From the IMG/VR virus record IMGVR_UViG_3300011439_000006, positions 1 to 41,672 of that record: a DNA stretch of 41,672 bases; one strand, 5' to 3'. The notes below the pieces were generated by a model. The model had not been told where the DNA came from. It did not search any database and worked only from the letters and a program-made list of their open reading frames with translations. Source of the stretch: a virus. Its lineage: Duplodnaviria; Caudoviricetes. Made by a program: the position numbers and the translations under genes. The stretch's first letter is position 1. Each line of letters starts with the position of its first letter. Shown here piece by piece: positions 1 through 9,374 of this stretch.

Positions 1-123
1 ACAGCTAGCCCATACTCCCGTGCCAGGACGCTCGAGGGCACACCCAGGCGATACTGTTCACGAAGCTCACGGACCTGACGGTCGGTGAGCCGTCGACCCC
101 CCGCGCGGCCTTTGATTGCCATG
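1..123. repeat. Terminal direct repeat, identical to 41550-41672 (circular assembly overlap)
   Basis: acagctagcc...gattgccatg matches 41550-41672 exactly; an HNH ORF reads in frame across the join. Confidence 0.95.
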
Positions 124-638
124 TCCCGCATGTTGTCGCGGTGCGTCCCGAGGAAGAGGTGCCGTGGGTTGCAGCACGGACGGTTATCGCAGCGGTGCAA
201 CACGAAGAGGCCAGGGGGGATCTCGCCGCAAATGGTTCGCCACATGGCGCGGTGCGTCGTCTCCGTCAGGAGGCGCCCGTTGTGTTGCCCAACGGTAATC
301 TTCCCGTAGCCCCGACTGTGGACGGCCCCCTTCCAAGGCCAGCAGGCGTCGGGGCCTCCTGACGCGTCGATGCCGTCGCGAAGCCGGTCGACCAGGAGTC
401 CCAGTCGTCCACGGTCGGCGCACGCCTTCCCGCAGTACGCCGCACGACCGGAGCGGACCTTGCTGGCCTTCCTTGAGAAGGTGGCTCCGCACCACTGGCA
501 AATGAGAGTGACCCGCCCTTCGCTGGTCCGCCGACACCCCATGCTGCAAAAGCGACGACGGCCTACCTGAGACGGGTGCGGGTGAAACGCGCGGCCACAG
601 ACCTCGCAAGGTTGTGCGCCGCTAGACTCCTGATGCAT
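1..638 (-). CDS. HNH homing endonuclease, 242 aa, spanning the circular junction (638->1, then 41549->41459)
   Basis: Hand translation from ATG 638 (GGAGG upstream): MHQESSGAQPCEVCG...FCSMGC...CQWCG...CWPWKG...GYG...VLHRCDNRPCCNPRHLFLGTHRDN, continuing into the 41459-41671 ORF with an HTH-like tail; missing from the ORF track because it crosses the end. Confidence 0.9.
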   Translation of the reverse strand, partial: MHQESSGAQPCEVCGRAFHPHPSQVGRRRFCSMGCRRTSEGRVTLICQWCGATFSRKASKVRSGRAAYCGKACADRGRLGLLVDRLRDGIDASGGPDACWPWKGAVHSRGYGKITVGQHNGRLLTETTHRAMWRTICGEIPPGLFVLHRCDNRPCCNPRHLFLGTHRDNMRDMAIKGRAGGRRLTDRQVRELREQYRLGVPSSVLAREYGLA

Positions 639-662
639 CTCGTCCTCCCAGACGGGCTGCCA

Positions 663-778
663 GCCCCCCGGCCGTTGACGCGGCGCGGGGGGCACTTGCG
701 TTCAGTAGATGGTACCGCCCCCAGGTTGAGGAGACGTGGTCGCGCCGCGCCCCCGGTACAGGCGGAGGGCGCGGCGCG
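663..778. other. Two GC-rich hairpins in the HNH/scaffold intergenic region
   Basis: gccccccg 663-670 pairs with cggggggc 686-693; cgcgccgcgccc 741-752 pairs with gggcgcggcgcg 767-778; no U-tract, function unknown. Confidence 0.45.
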
Positions 779-799
779 CCGGTGCATTGTAAAGATTGC

Positions 800-829
800 T
801 TGACACGAAGCACACGACGTCATTACGAT
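800..829 (+). promoter_or_regulatory. Sigma70-type promoter for the scaffold/capsid operon
   Basis: TTGACA 800-805, 18 nt spacer, TACGAT 824-829, in a locally AT-rich patch. Confidence 0.65.
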
Positions 830-842
830 GCCCCCGGACGCG

Positions 843-1982
843 ATGAGCGACACGGGGGCATCGACACCCGCGGCGGCAGGCGACGGAGCAGCGACGGCGG
901 CGCCGGCCCCCGCGGCGCCGCCGTCGCCCCCCCCTCCACCGCCCTCCGGGGCGCAGACCGCGCGCTCCCGTACGCCCTCCCCCTCGAGGGCGGAGCCCGG
1001 CCCGGCCAATCCGCCGGCGCCCCCTCGCTCCGCGCCTGCCACCCCGGCGCCAGCAGCGCCCAGGGAGCGGGGTGGCCCCCCAAGGGAGCGCTACCCCATC
1101 CCGCACCAGGACCCGCACACCCCAGCGACCCAGCACCCGACTCCCGCCCGTGCCCCCTCCGGAACGCAGCCCGACGCGACGTCGGAGCGAGCGCGGAGCC
1201 AGGAGCGCCCCCCGGAGCGCACCGGATCGTGGTTCGACCGGCTCCTCGGTAGGAGCCCGGCGGACGACGCTTCGCGTGCCGCCCCCGGTGCCGCTTCGAA
1301 GGCCCCCGCAGCGCCCGATGGCAGGGATGCTCCCTCTGGGAGCGCGTCCGGTGCTCCCACAGCACAGGCCGACGCCCCCCTTGGGGCGGAGCCCGACGAG
1401 CCAGACACGCCCTGGGAGCCCCCCACCTCTCGAGAGGAGGAGGCGCGGCGCATCCAGGCCGAGGTCGACCGCCGGGAGGCCCGCCGGCAGCGCCAGCAGG
1501 CCGACGCGGGGCGCCAGACCCGCGCCCAGCAGCTAGCGGCGCTCGAGCAGCAGGAGCGCGAGGCCCGGCAGACCGACGTCTACCAGGCCGCCCAGCTGCG
1601 CGACCAGCTCGACGCCCACCGCGCCCAGGAGGAGTTCGTCACCGGCATGGTGCGGGCCTACGACGGGGCCACGCTCGACCCGCTGGTGCTGGCCCTGCCC
1701 GAGGGCGAGCGGGGCACGGTGCTCGCGGACGTGCCCCCCGGCCTGGACGGGCGCAAGGCCCTGGTGGAGCGCACCCTCAAGCACCTCGAGCAGCGCTGGC
1801 GCGCGGACGAGGCCGCCAAGCTCAAGAAGAGCGCGGCCTTCCGCAAGGAGGTGCTCGCCGAGTGGCGCGCCGGCGCCCTGGGCGACGCCGACGCTCCCGA
1901 CGAGGAGCCCGAGTTGGTCACCGGCGGCAACGGCCACCGGCCCAATCTGTCCATGAACGCCTGGTTGCGCGGCCAGCGCTGA
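843..1982 (+). CDS. Probable capsid scaffolding protein
   Basis: Directly upstream of the major capsid gene; disordered Pro/Ala N-terminus, coiled-coil middle, C-terminal SMNAWLRG; ATG 843 preferred because ATG 828 lies in the -10 box. Confidence 0.7.
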   Translation: MSDTGASTPAAAGDGAATAAPAPAAPPSPPPPPPSGAQTARSRTPSPSRAEPGPANPPAPPRSAPATPAPAAPRERGGPPRERYPIPHQDPHTPATQHPTPARAPSGTQPDATSERARSQERPPERTGSWFDRLLGRSPADDASRAAPGAASKAPAAPDGRDAPSGSASGAPTAQADAPLGAEPDEPDTPWEPPTSREEEARRIQAEVDRREARRQRQQADAGRQTRAQQLAALEQQEREARQTDVYQAAQLRDQLDAHRAQEEFVTGMVRAYDGATLDPLVLALPEGERGTVLADVPPGLDGRKALVERTLKHLEQRWRADEAAKLKKSAAFRKEVLAEWRAGALGDADAPDEEPELVTGGNGHRPNLSMNAWLRGQR

Positions 1983-2124
1983 GCCCGGCTGCGTTCACAC
2001 CGAGTCCCCCGCACTCCGGAAACCAGCAGGCTGGCCTGACACCCCCGCCGGCGCGTACAGGTCGCCGGCTCCAGTCGCGGAGCCTCCCCCTCCTGGGGCG
2101 GGGCCGCCGCAGGAGCCGACGTAG

Positions 2125-3111
2125 ATGAGCTTCAGCGCCATGATCGACCGGTCAGAGGCCGGTCCCCTGATCCCGGAAGACGCCGCCCGCGAGATCATCG
2201 CCGAGAGCACCGAGAAGAGCTTCGTCCTCTCTACTTTTGATCGCGTGCCCATGTCCCGCAAGCAGAAGCGCCTGCCCATCCTCGATAGGAAGCCCATCGC
2301 CTACTTCGTCAACGGCGACACCGGGCTCAAGCAGACCAGCGACCTCAAGTGGGACAACCTCTTCCTGAACGCCGAAGAGCTGGCCGTGCTGGTGCCCATC
2401 CCGGACACCGTCTTCGACGACGCCGACTACGACCTCTGGGGCCTGGTGCGCCCGCAGGTCACGGAGGCCATCGGGGCCAAGGTGGACGACGCCGTGCTCT
2501 TCGGCACCGGCAAGCCAACCCTGTGGCCGGAGCCGGTGCTCACGGCGGCCACCGCCGCCGGCAACACCGTCACCGGCGCCGTCGCCAGCGCCACCCACGA
2601 CGTCTTCGACGACCTGAACGCCACCCTCAACAAGGTGGAGGAGGACGGCTACGACCCCGACGCCTGGCTGCTGCGCACCAGCATGCGCAGCACCCTGCGC
2701 AACACCCGCGACGGCAGCCGGGGCTTCCTCTACCCGGCGAGCGGGCCGGCCAACGCCGGGGCCCAGTCGGGGCGCTGGGCCGGCGAGGTGTGGAACATCC
2801 CGGCCAAGGTGAGCAAGATGGGCCTCTCCGGCTTCGCCCCGGGGGCCACCGGGGTGATGGCCTTCGCCTTCGACACCAGCAACTTCAAGGTGGCCATCCG
2901 CGACGACATCAACATGCGCATGTTCGACCAGGGCGTCATCTCCGACGACGCCGGTGTCGTCCTGCTCAACCTGATGCAGCAGGACACCCGGGTGCTGCGC
3001 GTCACCTTCCGCGTCGCCTGGGTGGCCGCCAACCCGGTGACCCTGATGCAGCCCAACCGGACGATCTCGTATCCAGCCGGGGCGCTTCAGCAAGGGACAT
3101 TCGTGCCCTGA
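2125..3111 (+). CDS. Major capsid protein (HK97-fold family)
   Basis: 328 aa; LIPEDAAREII, AYFVNGDTGLK, EELAVLVPI, VDDAVLFGTG, NLMQQD..VLRV motifs; AGGAG RBS. Confidence 0.92.
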   Translation: MSFSAMIDRSEAGPLIPEDAAREIIAESTEKSFVLSTFDRVPMSRKQKRLPILDRKPIAYFVNGDTGLKQTSDLKWDNLFLNAEELAVLVPIPDTVFDDADYDLWGLVRPQVTEAIGAKVDDAVLFGTGKPTLWPEPVLTAATAAGNTVTGAVASATHDVFDDLNATLNKVEEDGYDPDAWLLRTSMRSTLRNTRDGSRGFLYPASGPANAGAQSGRWAGEVWNIPAKVSKMGLSGFAPGATGVMAFAFDTSNFKVAIRDDINMRMFDQGVISDDAGVVLLNLMQQDTRVLRVTFRVAWVAANPVTLMQPNRTISYPAGALQQGTFVP

Positions 3112-3152
3112 CCCCCTCGTAAGGAAGGTCGAAGAAAGGCAAGGGCAAGCAG

Positions 3153-3815
3153 GTGGCCCCACCCCTGGTCCGCGACGTGGCCCTGGAGATCCCCCGCAAC
3201 GACGCCTGGCAGCCTATCCAGGAGGCCCGGGTCAGCTGCTGGACCGGCCGGGCCGGGGGGCCGGCGGGCCGGGCCACGGTGGGCTGCGACTACCGCCGGC
3301 TGCTCCCGGGCGGCGCGCTGGGCCCGCTGCAGACCACGGCACCCTCGCCCCCGGGCAACTTCCACACCCTGCACCTGGGCGACCTCACCCCGGGCGGCTA
3401 CTACCAGTTCCTGCTCACCGCTACGGCCGAGGACGGGTCGGGGAACACGTCGCAGAGCCAGGTCCACCGCTTCACCCAGACCCCCGGCCCCATCCCCCCG
3501 GGCCCGGTGCTCTCCGCCATCACCGTGAGCGCGATCACCGCAACGGGGGCCACGGTCACCTGGTCGACCGCCACGGCGCAGCCGGGCGGCCAGGTCAACT
3601 ACAGCCCCAACCCCAACCTGGTGCCGCTGTCGGTGGCCAGCGAGCCGGCGCCGGCCGTCACCAACCACAGCGTCACCCTCGCCGGACTGACCGCGGGCAC
3701 CCGCTACTACTTCCGCGTCTTCCAGTCGGCGAGCGACGGCAGCTCCACCCTGTCGGGGCTGCGCAGCTTCGTCACCGCGGTGTCGCAAGAGTCCCCCGAA
3801 GAACCCGCGCCGTGA
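3153..3815 (+). CDS. Fibronectin type III-like virion decoration protein
   Basis: Two FN3-type repeats: HTLHLGDLTPGGYYQF and ATVTWST...HSVTLAGLTAGTRYYFRV. Confidence 0.75.
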   Translation: MAPPLVRDVALEIPRNDAWQPIQEARVSCWTGRAGGPAGRATVGCDYRRLLPGGALGPLQTTAPSPPGNFHTLHLGDLTPGGYYQFLLTATAEDGSGNTSQSQVHRFTQTPGPIPPGPVLSAITVSAITATGATVTWSTATAQPGGQVNYSPNPNLVPLSVASEPAPAVTNHSVTLAGLTAGTRYYFRVFQSASDGSSTLSGLRSFVTAVSQESPEEPAP

Positions 3816-3839
3816 GCACCCCAGAGAGAGGAGCGCGCC

Positions 3840-4205
3840 GTGAGCAGTCGCAGCAGCACCAGCAAGACCCCGCCGCCGGAGCCCACGCCCGCGGAGAAGC
3901 CGACGCCCGCGCCGGAAGAGGAGCAGCTCGCGGCCACCCCGGAGGAAGCCCGCACCCAGGAGCAGCAGGACACCGAGGCGGCGCAGAAGGCGGTCGCGGA
4001 GGCCAAGGGGAAGCCCGGCGAGCGCACGCAGGTGGGGGGCACCGTGCTGGTCGACGGCCAGCCGGTGGGCTACACCCGCGAGGGCGCCCTGTCGGCGACG
4101 AAGGGCGGCCCCGTCGACCCCACCGTGATGCCCCCGGAGCTGGCCCCGGAGGGCAGCGAGCCGAAGTCCCCTCCCGACGTGATCACCCGAGCCGACGCCC
4201 CCTAG
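3840..4205 (+). CDS. Hypothetical virion-region protein
   Basis: GAGGAG RBS, G/C-ending codons, operon position. Confidence 0.65.
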   Translation: MSSRSSTSKTPPPEPTPAEKPTPAPEEEQLAATPEEARTQEQQDTEAAQKAVAEAKGKPGERTQVGGTVLVDGQPVGYTREGALSATKGGPVDPTVMPPELAPEGSEPKSPPDVITRADAP

Positions 4206-4259
4206 GGTGCCGGCGCCGCCCCTGCGCCGCTGCGCCCCTGGCCCCCTGAGCGACGACCG

Positions 4260-5294
4260 ATGGTCACCCCCGTCTCACCCGTCCCCGGCAGCTGCACCCT
4301 GGCCGAGCTCGAGCAGGAGACCGCCTCCCGCCTGGGCCCCTTCGCCCTGCTGGAGGCCGCCAGCGGCGGCGACCGGGAGATCGTGGTGGAGGTGCTGCGC
4401 TCCACCGTGGAGCTGGGCGGCTGGGTCGACCTACACCTGCTGCGCCGCGGCGCCACCCAGGCCCCCGACCGGCAAGCGCGGGTGAAGAGCTACGACCCCG
4501 CCCTGGGCAAGCTCGAGCCCGATCGCTCCTACGTCAGCCCACCGGTGGGGGGCGAGGCCGTGGAGGCCCACCACCTGCCCCCGGAGCTGCTGCGGCGCAT
4601 CGTGCGCGCCGGCCTGGCCCGCTGCTGGATGCGCTACGGCCTCCACTTCCTCGGCGAAGACCCGGACGATCCCCTTGCGCCGTTCGTGCCGGAGACGGGC
4701 GCCATCGACCTGACGGCGTACGCCCCCTGGCTCACGCTGCCCCAGCAGGTGGTCGACGTGCTCGATCCCACCGCGGGGCGCAGCACGGGCGGGACCAGCG
4801 TCCCCGGCTGGACGGTCTACGGCCACGCCGGCCACGCCTGGCTCACCCTCCCCCGGGGCACCCGCAACCCGGGCTTGGGGGTGATCGCCAACCGCGCCCA
4901 CTTCGGCTACGTCAACGGGGCGGATGCTCCCGGCGGGCCCACCGCCGACGGCGACGTGCTGGCCCTGCCCGTCCAGTACGGCGCGGCCCTGGCCCACGCG
5001 GAGGCCTGGCGCATCGCCCGCGACCGGCTGGAGACCGTGGCCGCCGAGGGGCGGATGCCCTCGCAAGCGGAGGCCGCGGCGGAGGCCACCCGGGCGGCGG
5101 TGAGCTACGCCCCGTGGCTCTTCGCCGGCGGGCGAGAGGACCGCATCGGCCCCCTGCTGGGCCTGCGGGGAGCCACCCGCACCACCGCGCCGGGGCTCGA
5201 GGGCGCGCTGGTCAACGGGCCCCTGTGGATGGCGCCGACCCCCGCCGGGGGCGCTCCCGCCGGGGGCCCTGGCACCGACGGCGGGAGCGTCTGA
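4260..5294 (+). CDS. Putative head-tail adaptor protein
   Basis: N-terminal TLAEL motif common in adaptors; sits before the nozzle-like gene; function inferred from synteny. Confidence 0.55.
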   Translation: MVTPVSPVPGSCTLAELEQETASRLGPFALLEAASGGDREIVVEVLRSTVELGGWVDLHLLRRGATQAPDRQARVKSYDPALGKLEPDRSYVSPPVGGEAVEAHHLPPELLRRIVRAGLARCWMRYGLHFLGEDPDDPLAPFVPETGAIDLTAYAPWLTLPQQVVDVLDPTAGRSTGGTSVPGWTVYGHAGHAWLTLPRGTRNPGLGVIANRAHFGYVNGADAPGGPTADGDVLALPVQYGAALAHAEAWRIARDRLETVAAEGRMPSQAEAAAEATRAAVSYAPWLFAGGREDRIGPLLGLRGATRTTAPGLEGALVNGPLWMAPTPAGGAPAGGPGTDGGSV

Positions 5295-5296
5295 GC

Positions 5297-7534
5297 GTGG
5301 CCGTCACGGCGCCCGACCGCAGCGGCATCGCTCCGCCCGCTCCCTCGGGAGGCTCGCCCTCCAGCGGGCGCAAGCCCTACCCCTGGCACATCACGCTCCA
5401 GGTCGGGGAGGGGCAACCGCACGGGTTGATGCTCCGGGACGGGCTGGTCGGCAAGCGCGTCCTCCCGATGGCGAACTACCAGGCCCCGGTGCAGGAGGAG
5501 GAGACCGGCGACCTCTACCGCGAGCGCAGCTACTCCTTCCGGCGGATGTACCTGGGCTACGGCGACGCCACCCAGCAGAGCAACGGCCCGCCGGCGCGCT
5601 ACTTCTTCGCCAAGAACGCCTGGAGCAGCGGCGCCTTCCGCGGGCTGGGCCCCCGCTTCCGGCCCCTGGCCCTGGCCGCGGCCGAAGGCGAGGTGGCCGG
5701 CGCGGTCGAGGCCGTCCACGTGGTGGCAACCGTGCCCGAGACGCGCCTCTTCGTCATGGCCGGGCGCTACGTGCGCCGGTGGGACGGCGACACCGGCGCG
5801 GAGCAGGCCCTCTCGCTCGACCTGGGCGCCGGCGTGGAGGCCTGCAGCTGGGCGCGCTGGACGGCCGGGGGCCCGGGCGCCCAGGACGCGCTGTACCTCA
5901 CGGACAGCGCGGGGCCCGTCGGCCACCTGTGGCGCTACCAGGGGGGCGGCTGGACCGACCTCACCGCCGGCGGGGCGCCGGAGGCGGCCCTGGTGCTCAA
6001 CACCGGGCCGGAGCTGTGGCGGGTGTGCGGCACCGGCGACCAGCCCGACGTCCCCTACGCGGTCAGCAAGTGCGAGGGCGACCCCACCGTGCCCCTGAAC
6101 TGGACCAACCCCATCGAGGTGGGGGACGCCAGCGTGCCGGTGACCGGCCTGGGCGAGCTGCAGATGCGCCTGTTCGTCTTCAAGGCGGACGGCACCGTGT
6201 GGGCCCTGCAGGGGGGCGCGGACACGGGGACGGCGCGCTGCCTGACCCCCGACCTCCGGGAGAGCCAGAGCGCCGAGAACGGCAAGCGCCCCCACGCCTG
6301 GCTGGGCGCGCTCTACTTCCGCGCCGGGGAGAGCCTGTGGCGCTTCACCGGCGCGGCGGCGGAGCGGGTGGGGCCGGAGCGTCTGGTGGACAACACCTCC
6401 CCCCTGCGGGGCCCCGTGCGCGCGTTTTGCGGCTTCGGCGCCTGGTACGGCCTGGGCGCGCTCCACAACGCCTCCACCCACACCAGCCACCTGCTGCAGT
6501 ACGGCAACTGGGTCCCGGGGGAACCGACCAGCCCGGGCAGCGCCGGGGGCGGGGGCGTGGGCGCGTTCCTGCCCGCTTGGGAGGGCTCGGTGCTCGACCT
6601 GCCCGGGAAGGTGGTCACCTCGCTGACGGTGACCACCCACGAGGGCGTGGTCGGCGCGCCCGACCCGGCCGACCCCGCGGGCCCCGCCGACCGGGGCAAC
6701 CCGCTGCTGGTGGTCGGCTTCGGGGACGGCACCTACGGCTGGCTGCGCCTGCCGCGGGACGGCCCCTCCCCCTTCACCCAGGACGCCCACCTGGCCCCGG
6801 ACGACTTCACCGACCAGGAGGCCTACACCCGCTTCCCCCGCCACAGCCTGATGGCCCCCGGCGACCTGAAAGCCTACCTGACCTTCGCGGCGACGGGGCC
6901 GGTGCTGGACGAGCACCGCAGCGTGGAGGTGCAGTACCGGGTGGACCCGGTGGGGGACGATCCTGCCAACGCGCCCTGGACGGCCCTCTTCCAGCGCCTC
7001 ACCCAGGCCGGGGGGCGGGTGCTGTTCCCCGACGACACCACCGGGCGCACCATCGACGTCCGCGAGCACTACCGGGCCACCGCGCCCCCGCCCGGGGCGC
7101 CCCTGTCGACGGCGTACGACGCGCTGGCCACGCCGGTGGTGGCCACCCTGACCCTGCGCGAGCAGCTGCGCCCGGCCTTCCGGATGGAGTACGCCTTCAC
7201 CGTCCTGGCCGGCGACCGGGTGGCCCGCCGGGACGGGGCCTCCGACCGCAAGACGGCGCAGCAGGTCCGCGACCTGCTGGTGCAGGCGGCGCAGCTGCCG
7301 GGGCACGTCATCCTGACGCTGCCCGACGAGACGGTGGGGCGCTTCGCCATGATCGAGTTCCAGGAGACGCTGCCCCCGGACGGGCGCTTCCGCCGCCGGG
7401 GCGCGGAGTGGCTGATCGGGATCACCTGCGTGCAGTACCGCACGGTGGCCCCCTACGGGCGCTGGTTCCGCTTCTTCGGGGCCCGCTGGCAGGATCTGAA
7501 CGGCATGACGTGGGCCGAAACGAGGACGCTGTGA
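5297..7534 (+). CDS. Putative tail nozzle / tubular protein B-like protein
   Basis: About 745 aa, Trp/Gly beta-rich; GTG 5297 follows the previous stop; lies between adaptor and fibre. Confidence 0.6.
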   Translation: MAVTAPDRSGIAPPAPSGGSPSSGRKPYPWHITLQVGEGQPHGLMLRDGLVGKRVLPMANYQAPVQEEETGDLYRERSYSFRRMYLGYGDATQQSNGPPARYFFAKNAWSSGAFRGLGPRFRPLALAAAEGEVAGAVEAVHVVATVPETRLFVMAGRYVRRWDGDTGAEQALSLDLGAGVEACSWARWTAGGPGAQDALYLTDSAGPVGHLWRYQGGGWTDLTAGGAPEAALVLNTGPELWRVCGTGDQPDVPYAVSKCEGDPTVPLNWTNPIEVGDASVPVTGLGELQMRLFVFKADGTVWALQGGADTGTARCLTPDLRESQSAENGKRPHAWLGALYFRAGESLWRFTGAAAERVGPERLVDNTSPLRGPVRAFCGFGAWYGLGALHNASTHTSHLLQYGNWVPGEPTSPGSAGGGGVGAFLPAWEGSVLDLPGKVVTSLTVTTHEGVVGAPDPADPAGPADRGNPLLVVGFGDGTYGWLRLPRDGPSPFTQDAHLAPDDFTDQEAYTRFPRHSLMAPGDLKAYLTFAATGPVLDEHRSVEVQYRVDPVGDDPANAPWTALFQRLTQAGGRVLFPDDTTGRTIDVREHYRATAPPPGAPLSTAYDALATPVVATLTLREQLRPAFRMEYAFTVLAGDRVARRDGASDRKTAQQVRDLLVQAAQLPGHVILTLPDETVGRFAMIEFQETLPPDGRFRRRGAEWLIGITCVQYRTVAPYGRWFRFFGARWQDLNGMTWAETRTL

Positions 7535-7544
7535 GGCCAGACGG

Positions 7545-8810
7545 ATGACCATCAAGCTGGGGCCGATGGAACTGCTTGCGACGGAGCCCCTGGACGGCAT
7601 CGAGGACTACGTGAACGGCCTCCAGCCGGACGGCGGGGAGTGGACCAACTGGAGCCGGCTGTCTGGCCACGACCACTCCGGGGGCTTGCTGGGCGCGCCG
7701 GTGACCGCGGTGATCCCCCCGGGCAGCATCACCGCCGGGCAGCTCGACCCCAGCGTGCTGGCCCCCTACGCTCTCACAGACGGCTCCAAGCCCTTCACCG
7801 GCCCGGTGACCATGCAGGCCGACGCCATCATCCGGGACGCCCTCCACTTCGGGGAGCAGGGGACGGCGCTGGCCCCGGACGCCACGCTCTCCCGCACGGG
7901 GGCCGGGGCGCTGCGGGTGGACACCCACCTGGGGGTGGGGGTGAACCCGTCCGCATGGGAGGCGTCCTGGCGGACGGTGGGAGTGGGGGCCATGGGCTCC
8001 CTGGCCGGGCACACGAGCTACCAGGCGACGGCCCTGACCCACAACGCCCGGCTGGCGACGGACGGCCACTGGACGTACCTCACCAATAACCAGGCGCAGC
8101 AGATCACCATGACGGACGGGGGGATCAAGTTCGCCACCGCCCCCGCCGGGACGGGCTGGGTGACCGCGTTCGATACGCCCAAGGCGGTCATCGCCCCCAC
8201 CGGCACCCTCACCCTGTCCCCGGACGGGGGCGCCTCGGCCCTGGTGGCGAACGTGGCCGGGGGCGGGCAGCTCTTCGTCGCGGACGGCATCCTGTCCGGC
8301 GGGGCCGCCCGGCTCTACGCCAGCCACCACCTGGAGCTGCAACCCGCCGGGGGGATGGTGCTCCCGGGGGCCGCCAACAGCTACGCCCTGGGCGCCGCCG
8401 GGACGCCCTGGTCGGTCGTCTACGCCACCAACGGCACCATCCAGCCCTCCTCGGCCGCCGTCAAGCAGGCCATCGCCCCGCTCGATCCCGGCGAGGCGAT
8501 GGCCGCCGTACGCACGACCGAGCCGGTCACCTTCACCTACACCGCCCCGCCCCCGCCCCCGGCCAGCCAGCAGCGCTACCGGCGCCCGCCTCCCGTGCGC
8601 TTCGACTGGAAGAGGGAGCGGGATGCCCAGATCGCCCGGCCGCTCATGGCCGCCGCTCGGCAGCAAGCCGGTTTCGTGGCGGAGCAAGCAGCCCCCCTGT
8701 TCCTCACCGGCGAGGGGCAGGCCAACGCGAGTAACACGGCCGGGGTGCTCCTGGCCGCCCTGAAAGACGTCGATACCCGGCTCACCGCACTCGAGGAAGG
8801 AACCGCATAG
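7545..8810 (+). CDS. Tail fibre/spike with C-terminal peptidase S74 intramolecular chaperone domain
   Basis: HDHSG N-terminal motif; SSAAVKQAI...PVTFTY...GFVAEQ...LLAALKDVDTRLTALE. Confidence 0.8.
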   Translation: MTIKLGPMELLATEPLDGIEDYVNGLQPDGGEWTNWSRLSGHDHSGGLLGAPVTAVIPPGSITAGQLDPSVLAPYALTDGSKPFTGPVTMQADAIIRDALHFGEQGTALAPDATLSRTGAGALRVDTHLGVGVNPSAWEASWRTVGVGAMGSLAGHTSYQATALTHNARLATDGHWTYLTNNQAQQITMTDGGIKFATAPAGTGWVTAFDTPKAVIAPTGTLTLSPDGGASALVANVAGGGQLFVADGILSGGAARLYASHHLELQPAGGMVLPGAANSYALGAAGTPWSVVYATNGTIQPSSAAVKQAIAPLDPGEAMAAVRTTEPVTFTYTAPPPPPASQQRYRRPPPVRFDWKRERDAQIARPLMAAARQQAGFVAEQAAPLFLTGEGQANASNTAGVLLAALKDVDTRLTALEEGTA

Positions 8811-9107
8811 ATGGCCGCAGCCGTTGGCGCTACCGCAGCGCTCGACGCCGCCACCCTCAACGCCACCGTGGGGGCCAACAGCACCGGGTTGAAGGTGTCG
8901 ATCGACAACCTGTGTGTGATGAAGGCCACCCTGGATGCGGTGAGCCCCCAAGACATGATCGACCCCGTAGAGGAAGGGGGCTGGGGGCTGGCCATGACGC
9001 TCGACCAGGCCCAGGCGATCAAGGACGCCCTGGCCGAGTGTCCAGCACTCCAGACGGCGATCAACGCCAGCGTCGCGCTCAGCCGGACGTGGGGCCTGGG
9101 CATATAG
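8811..9107 (+). CDS. Hypothetical protein
   Basis: GAGGAAGG RBS, abuts fibre stop. Confidence 0.65.
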   Translation: MAAAVGATAALDAATLNATVGANSTGLKVSIDNLCVMKATLDAVSPQDMIDPVEEGGWGLAMTLDQAQAIKDALAECPALQTAINASVALSRTWGLGI

Positions 9108-9110
9108 CCG

Positions 9111-9374
9111 GTGAATACGGTTGCCCTGGAGCGGCCCGCGCTGCCGGCCGAGCCGTCCAACGGTGCGTCTGCCGCTGACCACGCGGGCCGGGGCTGGATC
9201 ATCATCGGCCCCCGGGTGCGGGCCCACCTGGGCCCCCAGCTTGAGCGGGCGCTGCCCCTGGTGTGGCTGGCCCTGTTGGAGATGAGCGGGGCCCAGGAAG
9301 GGCAGGGCTATCGGCTGGTGGTGGACGCCGCGCATCTTGAGCCGGCGTCGGCTCCGGAGGCGCCGCCCGCGTGA
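9111..9374 (+). CDS. Hypothetical protein
   Basis: Fills the gap; stop overlaps endolysin start (GTGA). Confidence 0.5.
   Translation: MNTVALERPALPAEPSNGASAADHAGRGWIIIGPRVRAHLGPQLERALPLVWLALLEMSGAQEGQGYRLVVDAAHLEPASAPEAPPA

Noticed and set aside
1-123. Biological terminal repeat of the virion DNA
   Set aside because: It falls mid-gene and is more simply an assembler overlap; cannot be decided without reads
3090-3155. Programmed frameshift fusing the capsid protein to the FN3 protein
   Set aside because: The FN3 frame has TAA at 3120-3122 and no slippery heptamer is evident
5105-9335. Very long antisense ORFs (5105-7600, 7422-9335; likewise 12537-14480, 32288-34720, 35059-38562)
   Set aside because: Shadow frames of high-GC genes with no motifs or RBS
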